Of a stretch of DNA of 64,000 nucleotides, positions 9,226 through 18,948 are shown piece after piece. The stretch's first letter is position 1, and each line of letters opens with the position of its first letter. The notes beneath the pieces were generated by a model. The model had not been told where the DNA came from. It searched no databases and saw only the letters and a list, made by a program, of their open reading frames with translations. The stretch is taken from contig CAVXXD010000013.1 in assembly GCA_963765625.1 (NCBI GenBank), positions 103,394 to 167,393 of the forward strand, read 5' to 3'. The stretch is from an uncultured bacterium (GTDB lineage: Bacteria; Actinomycetota; Geothermincolia; Geothermincolales; Geothermincolaceae). A program made the position numbers and the translations under genes.

Positions 9226-9957
9226 TTGGAGGTCCACGTCGGATGTTGCGGCTATCCGCAACCCAAGAAAAAGTATTACGAGCATTTTGATCTCGTAGAG
9301 ATCCAGAAGACTTTCTACCAGCTGCCCAGGGTCAAATCGGCCCAGGCCTGGAGGATGGAGGCTCCGCCGTCGGTGGAATTCACCCTGCTGGCCTGGCAGC
9401 TCATCACCCACCGTCCTTCCAGCTCGAGCTACCGCCATCTCACCGTGCCGGTGGACGAGTCCAAGCGCGACTCCTACGGTTCTTTCAAACCCACCCCCGA
9501 GATATTCGAGGCCTGGGACCAGACCCTGGAGGTGGCGCACGCCCTGGAGTCGGAGATGGTCATCTTCCAGGCACCCACCACCTTCGGCCCGGGCCCCAAG
9601 AACACCTCCAACCTGCGAGAGTTCTTCGGCCGGTGCAACCGCGACGGTCTCCAACTGGGCTGGGAACCCAAGGGTAACGACTGGGACACGGAGGACGTCG
9701 GCAAGCTCTGCCGCGAGCTGGACCTCATCCACATCGTCGACCCCTACCTGGGGCGCGAAAAGGCGGGGAGCATCATCTACTGGCGCATGAACGGCATCGG
9801 CGGCTTCCGCCATCAGTATACCGATCAGGAACTGCGCAAGTTCGTCTCCATCCTGCGGAAATCCAAAAAGAAGAAGGCTTACGTCCTCTTCAACAATATC
9901 CACATGTGGGAAGACGCCCTCCGTTTCCAGGCCCTCTGGGAAGAGCGCAAGGTCTGA
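9226..9957 (+). CDS. DUF72 family protein
   Basis: N-terminal VHVGCCGY...YYEHFDLVEIQKTFYQLP matches the DUF72/UPF0759 pattern (IGTSGW...FNTVEINSTFY); TTG start at 9226 after AAGGAG. Confidence 0.6.
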   Translation: MEVHVGCCGYPQPKKKYYEHFDLVEIQKTFYQLPRVKSAQAWRMEAPPSVEFTLLAWQLITHRPSSSSYRHLTVPVDESKRDSYGSFKPTPEIFEAWDQTLEVAHALESEMVIFQAPTTFGPGPKNTSNLREFFGRCNRDGLQLGWEPKGNDWDTEDVGKLCRELDLIHIVDPYLGREKAGSIIYWRMNGIGGFRHQYTDQELRKFVSILRKSKKKKAYVLFNNIHMWEDALRFQALWEERKV

Positions 9958-10062
9958 GCCAGGCCTGCAAAGAGGCCTGCAAAGCTCAGACCCGAGGATC
10001 AACCCTCCAGAAAGCTTTCCCGGGGTGACGGCCCCGGGTCCAGGGGAGCATGAACCACCATC

Positions 10063-11034
10063 TCAAGGTTCCTGATTCTCTCTTCCACGCTCGGCTGCAG
10101 GTCGGGCTGGCTCATGCTCTCGAACCTGAAGTTGCAGATGGGCGCAGAAGAATATCCCTTTGAGGAAACACAGGCTGGCATAATTGCTGTGCGCCTGGAC
10201 TTTGCGCAGCGCGGCGGCCATCGCTTCCGGGTACATGGTCCACTTCACCGCCAGCTCGTCGGCGTGCATCTCCCGGCAGGGGTCGATCAGCCTCTGCATG
10301 ACACGGCTGAATATCACCATCACCACGAAGTTCAGGAGCAGCACCAGGACGGCCGAGATGATTATGCGCGCCGCTTCCGAAGAGCCCTTCCCTACGGTCA
10401 GGCTGAGGAGGGGAAAAAGAACGACGAACATGATCAGAGTCGGAAGCACCATCAACTCCCAGATGGCGCCGAATACTGGAGTGTCGACCGCCCCTGCCAC
10501 GTGCTCGGCCAGGGAGCGCACGATCAGCGAGAAACCCCTCAGGGAAGCGATGAAGGTGTTGAGGGTGGCGTCCTCGTAGTAGAGGTGGGCCATCTCGTGC
10601 GCCACCACCGCTCGCAGCTCGTCGTCGTCCAGGTCCCTTACCAGCCCGCTGGTGACGATGATCACACCCCGGTCACGTTTCTTCAGGGAGAAGGCGTTGC
10701 GAAACTCTTCATCTATCATCATGATCTCCGGTAAGGGCATGCCGGTGGCGATGGAGATGTCCTCGGCCGCGGACTGGACGGCGGCGGCCCCGCCACGGTA
10801 GACGGGGGTGGCCCGGCTGGCCCAGCGCACCATCCACAGGCCGCTGCGGGTGGCGACGTAGATGGTCAGAAGGTCGACGATGACGAAACCAGCCAGGGCC
10901 AGCCAGCCGGCGAGGTTGTCGTAGGTGGCGATGATCCAGGCACCGAAGACCGCCGTGACGGCCATGATGGTGACGATAAACGCGGCGCCGCCCAGCATCA
11001 CCTTGCGCTTGTTCTTCCGGATCAGCTCGTCCAT
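10063..11034 (-). CDS. htpX: M48 family zinc metalloprotease HtpX-like
   Basis: TM helices plus HEMAH (HEXXH) zinc motif and the downstream E ligand region. Confidence 0.7.
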   Translation of the reverse strand: MDELIRKNKRKVMLGGAAFIVTIMAVTAVFGAWIIATYDNLAGWLALAGFVIVDLLTIYVATRSGLWMVRWASRATPVYRGGAAAVQSAAEDISIATGMPLPEIMMIDEEFRNAFSLKKRDRGVIIVTSGLVRDLDDDELRAVVAHEMAHLYYEDATLNTFIASLRGFSLIVRSLAEHVAGAVDTPVFGAIWELMVLPTLIMFVVLFPLLSLTVGKGSSEAARIIISAVLVLLLNFVVMVIFSRVMQRLIDPCREMHADELAVKWTMYPEAMAAALRKVQAHSNYASLCFLKGIFFCAHLQLQVREHEPARPAAERGRENQEP

Positions 11035-11071
11035 GGTTAAAGGATAGGGGACGGGGCCGGTTCCTGAGAAG

Positions 11072-11106
11072 TGTCAATTTCTGGGGTCAGCCCCTGACAA
11101 TTGACA
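11072..11106. promoter_or_regulatory. imperfect nested palindrome TGTCAATT-TCTGGG-GTCAG-CCC-CTGAC-AATTGACA in the divergent htpX/YVTN intergenic region; candidate operator
   Basis: Outer arms TGTCAATT/AATTGACA and inner GTCAG/CTGAC are exact reverse complements; lies between divergent promoters. Confidence 0.35.
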
Positions 11107-11190
11107 TTTACGGCGCGGGCGGGTGTTCGGGGCGGGTGATAGAATTACTGTTGATGGTGATTCTTTTTCGACAAGAAAGGGGCCGAGGAT

Positions 11191-14100
11191 ATGCATCACC
11201 CGTCATCTTTCCGCAAACCGTTGTTCCTTGTACTGACCTTCTTGCTGCTATGCGCGCAACTGTTCGGGGGATTGCTCCCCGCGGTGGGCGCTCCCAGTGT
11301 GATCGCCACCGTCGGGGTGAGCGGTTACCCCATCGACGTGGCCGTCAACTCCAGCACCAACCTCTACTACGTCGCCAGAACCTCCGCCGGCAGCGTCAAC
11401 GTGATGAACGGCGCGACCAACGCGGTGACAGCGACGGTGGCGGTGGGTTCCGCTCCCTATGCAGTCGAGGTGAACGAATCGACCAACCGCATCTACTCGG
11501 CGAATTATAGCAGCAACAACGTCTCGGTCATCGACGGAGCCACCAACACGGTGATAACGACCGTCGGCGCGGGCACGGCCCCTTATGCCCTTGACGTGAA
11601 CCCCACCACCAACATGATCTACGTAGTCAATATGAACAGTGATAACGTTTCGGTGATAAACGGCGCGACCAATACGGTCACGGCAACCATCGGGGTGGGG
11701 GACCGCCCCACCGGCGTCGCCGTCAACAGCGGCACCAACCTGGTCTACGTGGCCAATGCCAACAGCAACACCGTTTCGGTGATAAACGGCGCGACCAACA
11801 CGGTCACAGCGACCATACCGGTCGGCGACGGGCCCGAAGCCATCGACGTCAACGCCACTACCAACCGCATCTACGTGGCCAACCAATGGCAATACACCGT
11901 TTCCGTCATCGAGGGGGGCTCCAACGCGGTGGTGGCGACGGTGTCCCTCGGCAACATGAACAACCAGGGACTGACCATAAACCCGGTCACCAACCGCGTC
12001 TACGTGTCGAGCTTCTACAACGGCGTGGTCAACGTGATCGATGCCTCCGGCAACACGGTCACGGCGAACTTCGGCGTGGGCAGCGGTCCCTGGGGCGTCG
12101 GCGTCAATCCCTCCACCAGCCGCATCTATATCGGCAACTCCAACGGCGACACCGTTTCGGTAGTGTATGACCCTTACGCCATCACCGCCTCGGCCGGGCC
12201 GGGGGGCTCCATCTCCCCTTCCGGTACGATCGGCGTGAACCCCGGCGGAAGCCAGGCCTTCACCATCTCCCCGGACACCGGCTACCATATCTCCCAGGTG
12301 TTTGCTGACGGTGTCTACCAGGGGGCCCCGGCTTCTTTCAACTTCTCCAACGTCCATGCCGATCACACCATCAGCGCGCAGTTCGCCGTCAATACCTACA
12401 CCGTAAGCGCCTCGGTGTCGGGCGGGCACGGCAGCGTCCAGGGGACGCAGAGCGTCAACTACAACGAGAGCGCCGGCGTGGCCATCAGTCCCGGATGCCG
12501 GCTACCACATCGCCTCCATAACCGACAACGGCTCGAGCCCGAGCCGTGTCCAACCCCTACGTGATCAACAACGTCACCGCCGCCCACAACGTGGTGGTTA
12601 CCTTCGCCCCGGACACCTTCACACTGTCGGCCTCGGCAGGTCCGGGAGGGTCCATCTCGCCGGCCGGGGCCACCGTGGTCGATTATGGGGGATCGCAGTC
12701 CTACACCATCACGCCGCTCGGCGGACGGCACATAGCCGACGTGCTGGTGGACGGGATCAGCGTGGGAGCGGTAGCTTCTTATAACTTCACCAGCGTGGCC
12801 GCCTCTCATACCATCAGCGCCTCTTTCGCCCTCGATTCCTTGACCATCACCGCGTCGGCGGGTTCGGGAGGGTCCATCTCGCCGGCCGGCCCGGTGGCCG
12901 TGGACTACGGCGCCGACAAAACCTTCAGCATCAACCCGGAGGCCCACTACCACGTGGCCGACGTGCTGGTGGACGGGGCAAGTGTAGGGGCGATGGGTTC
13001 CTACACCTTCGCCGGGGTGGCCGCCGCCCACACCATCAGCGCCTCCTTCGCCCTCGACACCTACGCCATCTACACCTTCGTCTCGGGATCGGGGGAGGCC
13101 ACGGGGGGAGGCGCCTGCGTGCACGGGGCCACCGTAGACCTCACCGCCACCCCGGATACCGGCTGGCACTTTGTAAACTGGACCGAGAACGGCACGGTAG
13201 TCTCTACCGACGCTTCCTACTCCTTCACCGCTTCCTCGAGCCGTATCCTGGTGGCTTGCTTCGCCGTCGACACTCATACCATCACCGCCACCGTTGACGG
13301 CAGCGGTACCACGGAGGGCGCGGGCACCTACGATTACGGCTCCACCGCCACCCTCACCGCCACACCGGCCGAAAACCGGCACTTCACCGGCTGGACCGAG
13401 GGAGGGGTGGAGGTCTCCACCAGTGCCTCCTATTCCTTCACCGTCACCGGCGACCGCGACCTGACCGCCCACTTCGCCGTCGATACCTTCACCGTCAACG
13501 CCTCGGTCTTCGGGGGGCACGGCTCGGTCGAACCGGCTTCCCAGAGCGTCCCCATCGGCGGGATCGCAGGTATTGACCTGGTCCCCGACCCCGGGTATCA
13601 CGCCTCCTATATCACCGACAACGGGGAGACGAAGCCGGCAACAGACCCTTACGTCATTGAAGACGTGAGCGAGGAACACAACGTCTTCGTTTTCTTCGAA
13701 GGCGACAGCGACGCCTGGTACCTGGCGGAGGGATGCACCGCGGGTGGGGTTGAGACCTGGGTGATGGTGGAGAACGTCAACGATTTTCCCGTCTCCCTGG
13801 GCCTCGTCTTCTCGACGCCCCAGGGGGTCTTCATACCCATCGAGATCGAGGGGACGATGCTGGCCCCCGGGTCTCGCGTCTCCTTCAACGTAGGCAATTT
13901 CGTCGAATCCTACCAGGTTTCCACGATGATCCGGGCCAGCGGCGGTGACGTGGTCTGTGAGCGCGCCATGTACGGCAACGAGCGCACCTGGGCTACGGAT
14001 TCCATAGGCACCCGGACTCCCGCTTCCACCTGGTACCTGGCGGAAGGAAGCACCGGCGAGGGCTTCGAGACCTGGGTGCTGGTGCAGAACCCGGGAGACG

Positions 14101-14955
14101 CGGAGGTCACCGTGGACTTAACCCTGACGACCTCGTCCGGTGAGTTGAAGCCCGAGGGGCTGCAGGGTGTGAGCATCCCCGCCGTCTCGCGCCGTTCCTT
14201 CAACCTGAACGACTTCGTCACCGACTACGACGTCTCCACCGTGGTCAGCGCCTCCGGCCCGGTGGTGGCGGAGCGCTCCATGTACGGCAACGACCGCGCC
14301 TGGGGCACCTGCTCCATCGGCACCGCTGCTCCCGCCGCTACCTGGTACCTGGCCGAGGGTTCCACCGGCGAGGGCTTCGAGACCTGGGTGCTGGTGCAGA
14401 ACCCGGGAGACGCGGCGGTCACCGTGGACCTGACCCTGACGACCTCGTCCGGTGAGCTGAAGCCCGAGGGGTTGCAGGACGTGGTGCTCCCGGCCGGGAC
14501 GCGCCGTTCCTTCAACCTGAACGACTTCGTCACCGACTACGACGTCTCCACCGTGGTCAGCGCCTCCGGCCCGGTGGTGGCGGAGCGCTCCATGTACGGC
14601 AACGACCGCGCCTGGGGCACCTGACTCCATCGGCACCGCTGCTCCCGCCGCTACCTGGTACCTGGCCGAGGGTTCCACCGGCGAGGGCTTCGAGACCTGG
14701 GTGCTGGTGCAGAACCCCGGGGATACGGAAGTGAACGTGGACCTGACCTTCTTTACGTCGACGGGACCGGTGGAAGGCCCGCAAGATGTTGCCGTCCCCG
14801 CCGGCTACCGCAAATCCTTCCGGCTCAACGATTTCGTCACCGACTACGATATCTCCACCGTGGTCTCTTCCACCGGAGGGGACGTGGTGGTGGAGCGCTC
14901 TATGTACGGGAACGGCAGGCTATGGGCCACCTGCTCCATAGGGTATGCCCCGTAG
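11191..14955 (+). pseudogene. secreted YVTN-family beta-propeller repeat protein with Ig-like repeats and four C-terminal ~105-aa WYLAEG modules. Interrupted by three 1-nt frameshifts (about 12495, 12540, 14622), possibly assembly errors
   Basis: Signal peptide; about 10 repeats of NxxTNxxYVANxxSNTVSVIDGATNTV (YVTN propeller). Central repeats SASAGPGGSISPAG...GYH. Reading frames 11191-12564, 12546-14624 and 14701-14955 join into one protein once the single-nucleotide indels are corrected. The last two modules are near-identical at nucleotide level. Confidence 0.6.
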
Positions 14956-14964
14956 GTGTGAGCC

Positions 14965-15831
14965 ATGGAATTCTTTAAATACCACGGAGCGGGCAACGAC
15001 TATGTGCTGATCGACGCCATGGCAGCGGAGGTGAGCCTGCCCCCCGAGTTGATCCGCGCCCTCTGCCACCGCAACCTGGGCATCGGGGCGGACGGGGTGA
15101 TCGTCTTCTCGCCCGCCGCGGGCAACAGTGCCGCCTGCCACATGACCTGCTACAACTCCGACGCCAGCCAGGCCGGCTTCAGCGGCAACGGCATCCGCTG
15201 CCTGGCCATGCACCTCTACGACCGGGGCATCAACCCCGCCACGGAGATGAGCATCGAGACGGCCGCCGGCGTCAAGGAAGTGCGCCTGCTGGTGGTGGAA
15301 GGGCTGGTGCGTGAGGTGCAGGTGGAGATGGGCAAGCCGGACTTCCGCCGTTCCTCCGTCCCCATGCTGGGCGAGGGGGAGGAGGCGGTGGACGTACCAC
15401 TCGAGGTGGGCGGCCGGGAGTTCAGGGTCACCTGCCTCTCCTTCGACAACCCCCACTGCGTGATCTTCTCGGAAGAACCGACCCGGGAACTGGTGTGCGA
15501 GGTCGGCCCCCTCGTCGAGAGCCACCCCGCCTTCCCCCTCAAGGTCAACGTGGAGTTCGCCTCTGTGCCCAACCTCTCCGAGATGATCCAGCGCACCTGG
15601 GAGCGGGGCGCCGGCTACACCCTCTCCAGCGCCACCGGAGCCTGCGCGGCGGTGGCGGCGGCTATCCGGGCCGGCAAGGGCAAGACCAGCATGTACGTGC
15701 GCCAGCCGGGTGGGCTGCTGGAGGTGTCGGTGGCCGCGGACGGCACCTATTTCCTCAAAGGTCCGGTGCGGAGGGTCTTCTCCGGCGAGCTGGATCCCAA
15801 CTGGTGGGATAAGTCCAGGATTTGGGTATAA
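14965..15831 (+). CDS. dapF: diaminopimelate epimerase
   Basis: YHGAGNDYVLID N-terminal motif and the two catalytic Cys regions (SGNGIRC; GTGAC-like SATGACAA). Confidence 0.85.
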   Translation: MEFFKYHGAGNDYVLIDAMAAEVSLPPELIRALCHRNLGIGADGVIVFSPAAGNSAACHMTCYNSDASQAGFSGNGIRCLAMHLYDRGINPATEMSIETAAGVKEVRLLVVEGLVREVQVEMGKPDFRRSSVPMLGEGEEAVDVPLEVGGREFRVTCLSFDNPHCVIFSEEPTRELVCEVGPLVESHPAFPLKVNVEFASVPNLSEMIQRTWERGAGYTLSSATGACAAVAAAIRAGKGKTSMYVRQPGGLLEVSVAADGTYFLKGPVRRVFSGELDPNWWDKSRIWV

Positions 15832-15857
15832 TGTGAGGGAATAACGAAAGGACCAAA

Positions 15858-16799
15858 ATGTCGGAACTTCTTGACGTAGCCATCATCGGCGGAGGCCCGG
15901 CCGGACTGGCCGCCGGCATATATGCCGCCAGGGCGCGCCTCAAGACGGTGCTCATAGAAGAGAAGCTGACCGGCGGGGCGCCGGCTACCACCGAGACCAT
16001 CGAGAACTACCCCGGTTTTCCCGGTGGCATCGGCGGGGCCGAACTGGTGGAGCGGATGCGCGAGCAGGCCGCCTCCTTCGGCCTGGAATTCAGCACCTTC
16101 AACCGGGTCAAGCGGGTCGAGCGCCAAGAAGAGTCGTTCCTGGTCACCACCGACGAGGGTGGATACCAGGCCTTGAGCCTGGTGCTGGCCACCGGCATGC
16201 ACGCCTCCAAGCTGGGCATCCCCGGCGAGGAGGAACTGCTGGGCCGGGGCGTCTCCTACTGCGCCACCTGCGACGGGGCCTTCTTTAAAGAAAAAGAGGT
16301 CGCGGTGATCGGCGGCGGCAACTCGGCGGTGGAGGAAGCGGTTTTCCTGACGCGTTTCGCTTCCAGGGTTTACATCGTTCACCGGAGAGACCGCCTGCGC
16401 GCCTACCAGATCGTGCAGGAGCGCGCCCTCGCCGACCCCAAGATCGAGGTGCTATGGAGGCACGTGCCGGTGGAGATCAAGGGTGAGAAGACGGTCTCTT
16501 CCATGGTGCTCAAAAACCTCGATGACGGCAGCCTGAGCGAGCAGCCGGTGAGCGGCGTCTTTTTCTATGTGGGGAGCATCCCCAATACCACACCTTTCGA
16601 GGGGTTCGTGGACATGGATAAGGGCGGCTACATCGTCACCGACGACTCGCTGCGTACTTCGGTGGAGGGCGTCTACGCCGCCGGCGACGTGCGCGCGGGC
16701 AGCATCAAGCAGGTGGCCGCGGCGGTGGGTGAGGGCGTGACCGCCCTGATGCACGCCCAGCGTTTCGCCGAGGAGCGGAAGGGGACCGCTTACGTCTGA
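15858..16799 (+). CDS. trxB: thioredoxin-disulfide reductase
   Basis: FAD motif AIIGGGPAGLAAGIYAA, redox-active CATCDG, NADPH motif GGGNSAVEEA. Confidence 0.9.
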   Translation: MSELLDVAIIGGGPAGLAAGIYAARARLKTVLIEEKLTGGAPATTETIENYPGFPGGIGGAELVERMREQAASFGLEFSTFNRVKRVERQEESFLVTTDEGGYQALSLVLATGMHASKLGIPGEEELLGRGVSYCATCDGAFFKEKEVAVIGGGNSAVEEAVFLTRFASRVYIVHRRDRLRAYQIVQERALADPKIEVLWRHVPVEIKGEKTVSSMVLKNLDDGSLSEQPVSGVFFYVGSIPNTTPFEGFVDMDKGGYIVTDDSLRTSVEGVYAAGDVRAGSIKQVAAAVGEGVTALMHAQRFAEERKGTAYV

Positions 16800-16880
16800 G
16801 AATCATCTGATATGAAACATGGGCACGACACGGGTTCTTCCGTATTCTTTTAAGAAAACAGGAAACAGGAGGTATGCGAG

Positions 16881-17207
16881 ATGGCTGGAGCAGTTAGCGA
16901 AGTGACCGACGCGCAATTCGACGAGATGGTGCTCAAGAGTGACCTGCCGGTGCTGGTGGACTTCTGGGCCCCCTGGTGCGGGCCCTGCCGCATGATGACC
17001 CCGGTGATGGAGGAACTAGCGGTGGAGCTGGAAGGCAAGGCCAAGATATGCAAGCTTAACGTGGACGAGCAGCAGGCCACGGCCCGCGCCTACGAGGTGC
17101 AGTCCATCCCCACCATGATCATTTTCAAGGGCGGCGAGGCTGCCAAGCAACTGGTCGGGGCGCGCCCCAAGGCTGACCTGAAGAAGGAGCTCGAGGGGCT
17201 TATCTAG
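16881..17207 (+). CDS. trxA: thioredoxin
   Basis: WCGPC active site, 108 aa, AGGAGG RBS 8 nt upstream. Confidence 0.9.
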   Translation: MAGAVSEVTDAQFDEMVLKSDLPVLVDFWAPWCGPCRMMTPVMEELAVELEGKAKICKLNVDEQQATARAYEVQSIPTMIIFKGGEAAKQLVGARPKADLKKELEGLI

Positions 17208-17208
17208 C

Positions 17209-17616
17209 ATGATCATCGCGGTCGTCGACGGCATGGGTGGCTCCATCGGCCACCAGATAATCCTTTACCTGCGGCGGGAACTGCCGGAGGACGTGGAGAT
17301 AATAGCCCTGGGCACCAATTCCGTCGCCACTATGAACATGATGAAAGCCCGGGCCAACCGGGGCGGGACCGGGGAGAACTCCATCCGCGTCTGCATAGGT
17401 GACGCGGACGTGGTGATGGGGTGCCTCTCCATTCTTATACCCAATTCCATGATGGGCGAGCTCACCCCGAACATGGCCGGGTACATATCCCTGAGCAAGG
17501 CCCGTAAGGTGCTGCTGCCGTTGACGAATCCCCGCATCGAGCTGATGGGAGTGGTGGAGGCGCCGCTGCCTCAACTCATCGCGGATGCCATCGAGAAGTT
17601 GAAGGATGTGAATTAA
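17209..17616 (+). CDS. DUF3842-like protein
   Basis: MIIAVVDGMGGSIGHQII...IIALGTNSVAT...GENSI pattern resembles the DUF3842 family; translationally coupled to trxA. Confidence 0.4.
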   Translation: MIIAVVDGMGGSIGHQIILYLRRELPEDVEIIALGTNSVATMNMMKARANRGGTGENSIRVCIGDADVVMGCLSILIPNSMMGELTPNMAGYISLSKARKVLLPLTNPRIELMGVVEAPLPQLIADAIEKLKDVN

Positions 17617-17619
17617 AGA

Positions 17620-17808
17620 ATGTGCGAAGCCGTCGTGTTTATCGAGAGAGAAGGCCGCCAGGAAAAGCTGATGGACGACGTGGTCGAGGTCAAGCCCGAG
17701 GGGGGCAAGCTGGTGCTGGTGGACGTCTTCGGTGAGCAGAAGGTGGTAAGCGCCAGGATCCGGGAAGTCCGGCTGATGGAGCACGAGATCCTGCTTATTC
17801 CGGTGTAG
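17620..17808 (+). CDS. cooT: CooT-family nickel-binding protein
   Basis: 62 aa starting MCEA (Cys2 Ni ligand). Overall pattern MC.A.V....G....L.DV.EV..EGG.L.L..FGE...... matches CooT. Confidence 0.6.
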   Translation: MCEAVVFIEREGRQEKLMDDVVEVKPEGGKLVLVDVFGEQKVVSARIREVRLMEHEILLIPV

Positions 17809-18766
17809 CCTCCATCTCCCATTTCCCGCAGCGCCCGCCCCAGCGGGCCAGCACCTCGTCGTCGAGGTTGATGCGCACCACTTCGCAGGAGTTGGAGCAG
17901 CCCGCGCAGTTGAAACTGGAAGTCTTGAAGTCCATGTCCGCCATATGGAAACCCTTGAAGCGAGTGGCGGGCACCTCCGCCTCCATGGCCAGCAGGGCCG
18001 CGCCCACCGCCCCCATCACGTTAAAGTGATCGGGGATGATGATCTCCACCTCCAGCCCTTCCTCGAAAGCACGCTTCATGCCGCTGTTGGCGGCCACGCC
18101 GCCCTGGAACACCACCGGCGACTCTATGTGCTTGCCTTTGGCCAGGTTGTTGAGGTAGTTGCGCACCAGGGCCTGGCAGAGACCGTAGATGATGCTGTCG
18201 GTAGTGTGGCCGATCTGCTGCTTATGGATCATGTCCGACTCAGCGAACACCGAGCAGCGGCCGGCTATCTGCACGCCTCTGTCGGCTCTTACGGCGTATC
18301 CGCCGAAATCCTCGATCGGTATGCCCAGGCGGGTGGCCTGGTGGTCGAGGAAAGAGCCGGTCCCGGCGGCGCATACGGTGTTCATGGCGAAGTCGACCAC
18401 CACGCTGTCCTGCAGGAGGATGATCTTGGAATCCTGCCCGCCGATCTCCAGCACCGTGCGCACATCGGGGACGAGATGGATGGCGGCCACGGCGTGGGCG
18501 GTGATCTCGTTCTTGACGATGTCGGCCCCGACGATGACTCCACTCAGGTAGCGGGCGCTGCCGGTAGTACCGGCCGCCGCGATCTCCAGGCCGTCGGGGA
18601 GCAGCTCGCCCAGCTGGCGCATGCCCTCCTGCACCGCCGCGATGGGATTGCCTTGCGTGCGGTGGTAGACGGAAGCCAGCACCTCGCCTTCCTTGTCGAT
18701 GACCACCAGGTTGGTGCTCACCGAACCGACGTCCACGCCCAGGTAACCCGTCACCTTATCAGCCAT
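17795..18766 (-). CDS. BadF/BadG/BcrA/BcrD-type ATPase, CoA-substrate-specific enzyme activase family
   Basis: Acetate/sugar-kinase-fold motifs GVDVGSVSTNLVVID, EIGGQDSK, CAAGTGSFLD, plus a Cys-rich C-terminal tail CAGCSNSCE...RCGKWE. Confidence 0.7.
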   Translation of the reverse strand: MADKVTGYLGVDVGSVSTNLVVIDKEGEVLASVYHRTQGNPIAAVQEGMRQLGELLPDGLEIAAAGTTGSARYLSGVIVGADIVKNEITAHAVAAIHLVPDVRTVLEIGGQDSKIILLQDSVVVDFAMNTVCAAGTGSFLDHQATRLGIPIEDFGGYAVRADRGVQIAGRCSVFAESDMIHKQQIGHTTDSIIYGLCQALVRNYLNNLAKGKHIESPVVFQGGVAANSGMKRAFEEGLEVEIIIPDHFNVMGAVGAALLAMEAEVPATRFKGFHMADMDFKTSSFNCAGCSNSCEVVRINLDDEVLARWGGRCGKWEMEATPE

Positions 18767-18850
18767 ATCAGACTACTCCTGTCAATAAAATCGCGGCTTG
18801 GAAAACAGCATACAGGATACATGATGCCGCCCCCCCGCTTCAAGTCAGGA

Positions 18851-18948
18851 AAGTTGGGGTCAGACCCCTTCTCCACTTTCTCGGAAATCTCCGGAAAAAG
18901 TTGCTGGTGCCGGAGAAAGTGGAGAAGGGGTCTGACCCCAACTTTCTT
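18851..18948. repeat. 34-bp perfect inverted repeat AAAGTTGGGGTCAGACCCCTTCTCCACTTTCTC with 30-nt spacer; member of the KGSDPNF/GGGTCTGACCCCAA repeat family; putative terminator of the rpsF-dnaB operon
   Basis: Arms 18851-18884 and 18915-18948 are exact reverse complements; overlaps the dnaB stop. Confidence 0.7.

Noticed and set aside
9961-9984. Tandem 12-bp direct repeat AGGCCTGCAAAG x2 after the DUF72 gene
   Set aside because: Only two copies; no evident structure or partner. Likely an incidental duplication near a terminator-less gene end.
11248-13679. 393-aa and 406-aa minus-strand ORFs
   Set aside because: Antisense to the YVTN repeat gene, whose plus-strand frame shows unmistakable repeat motifs.
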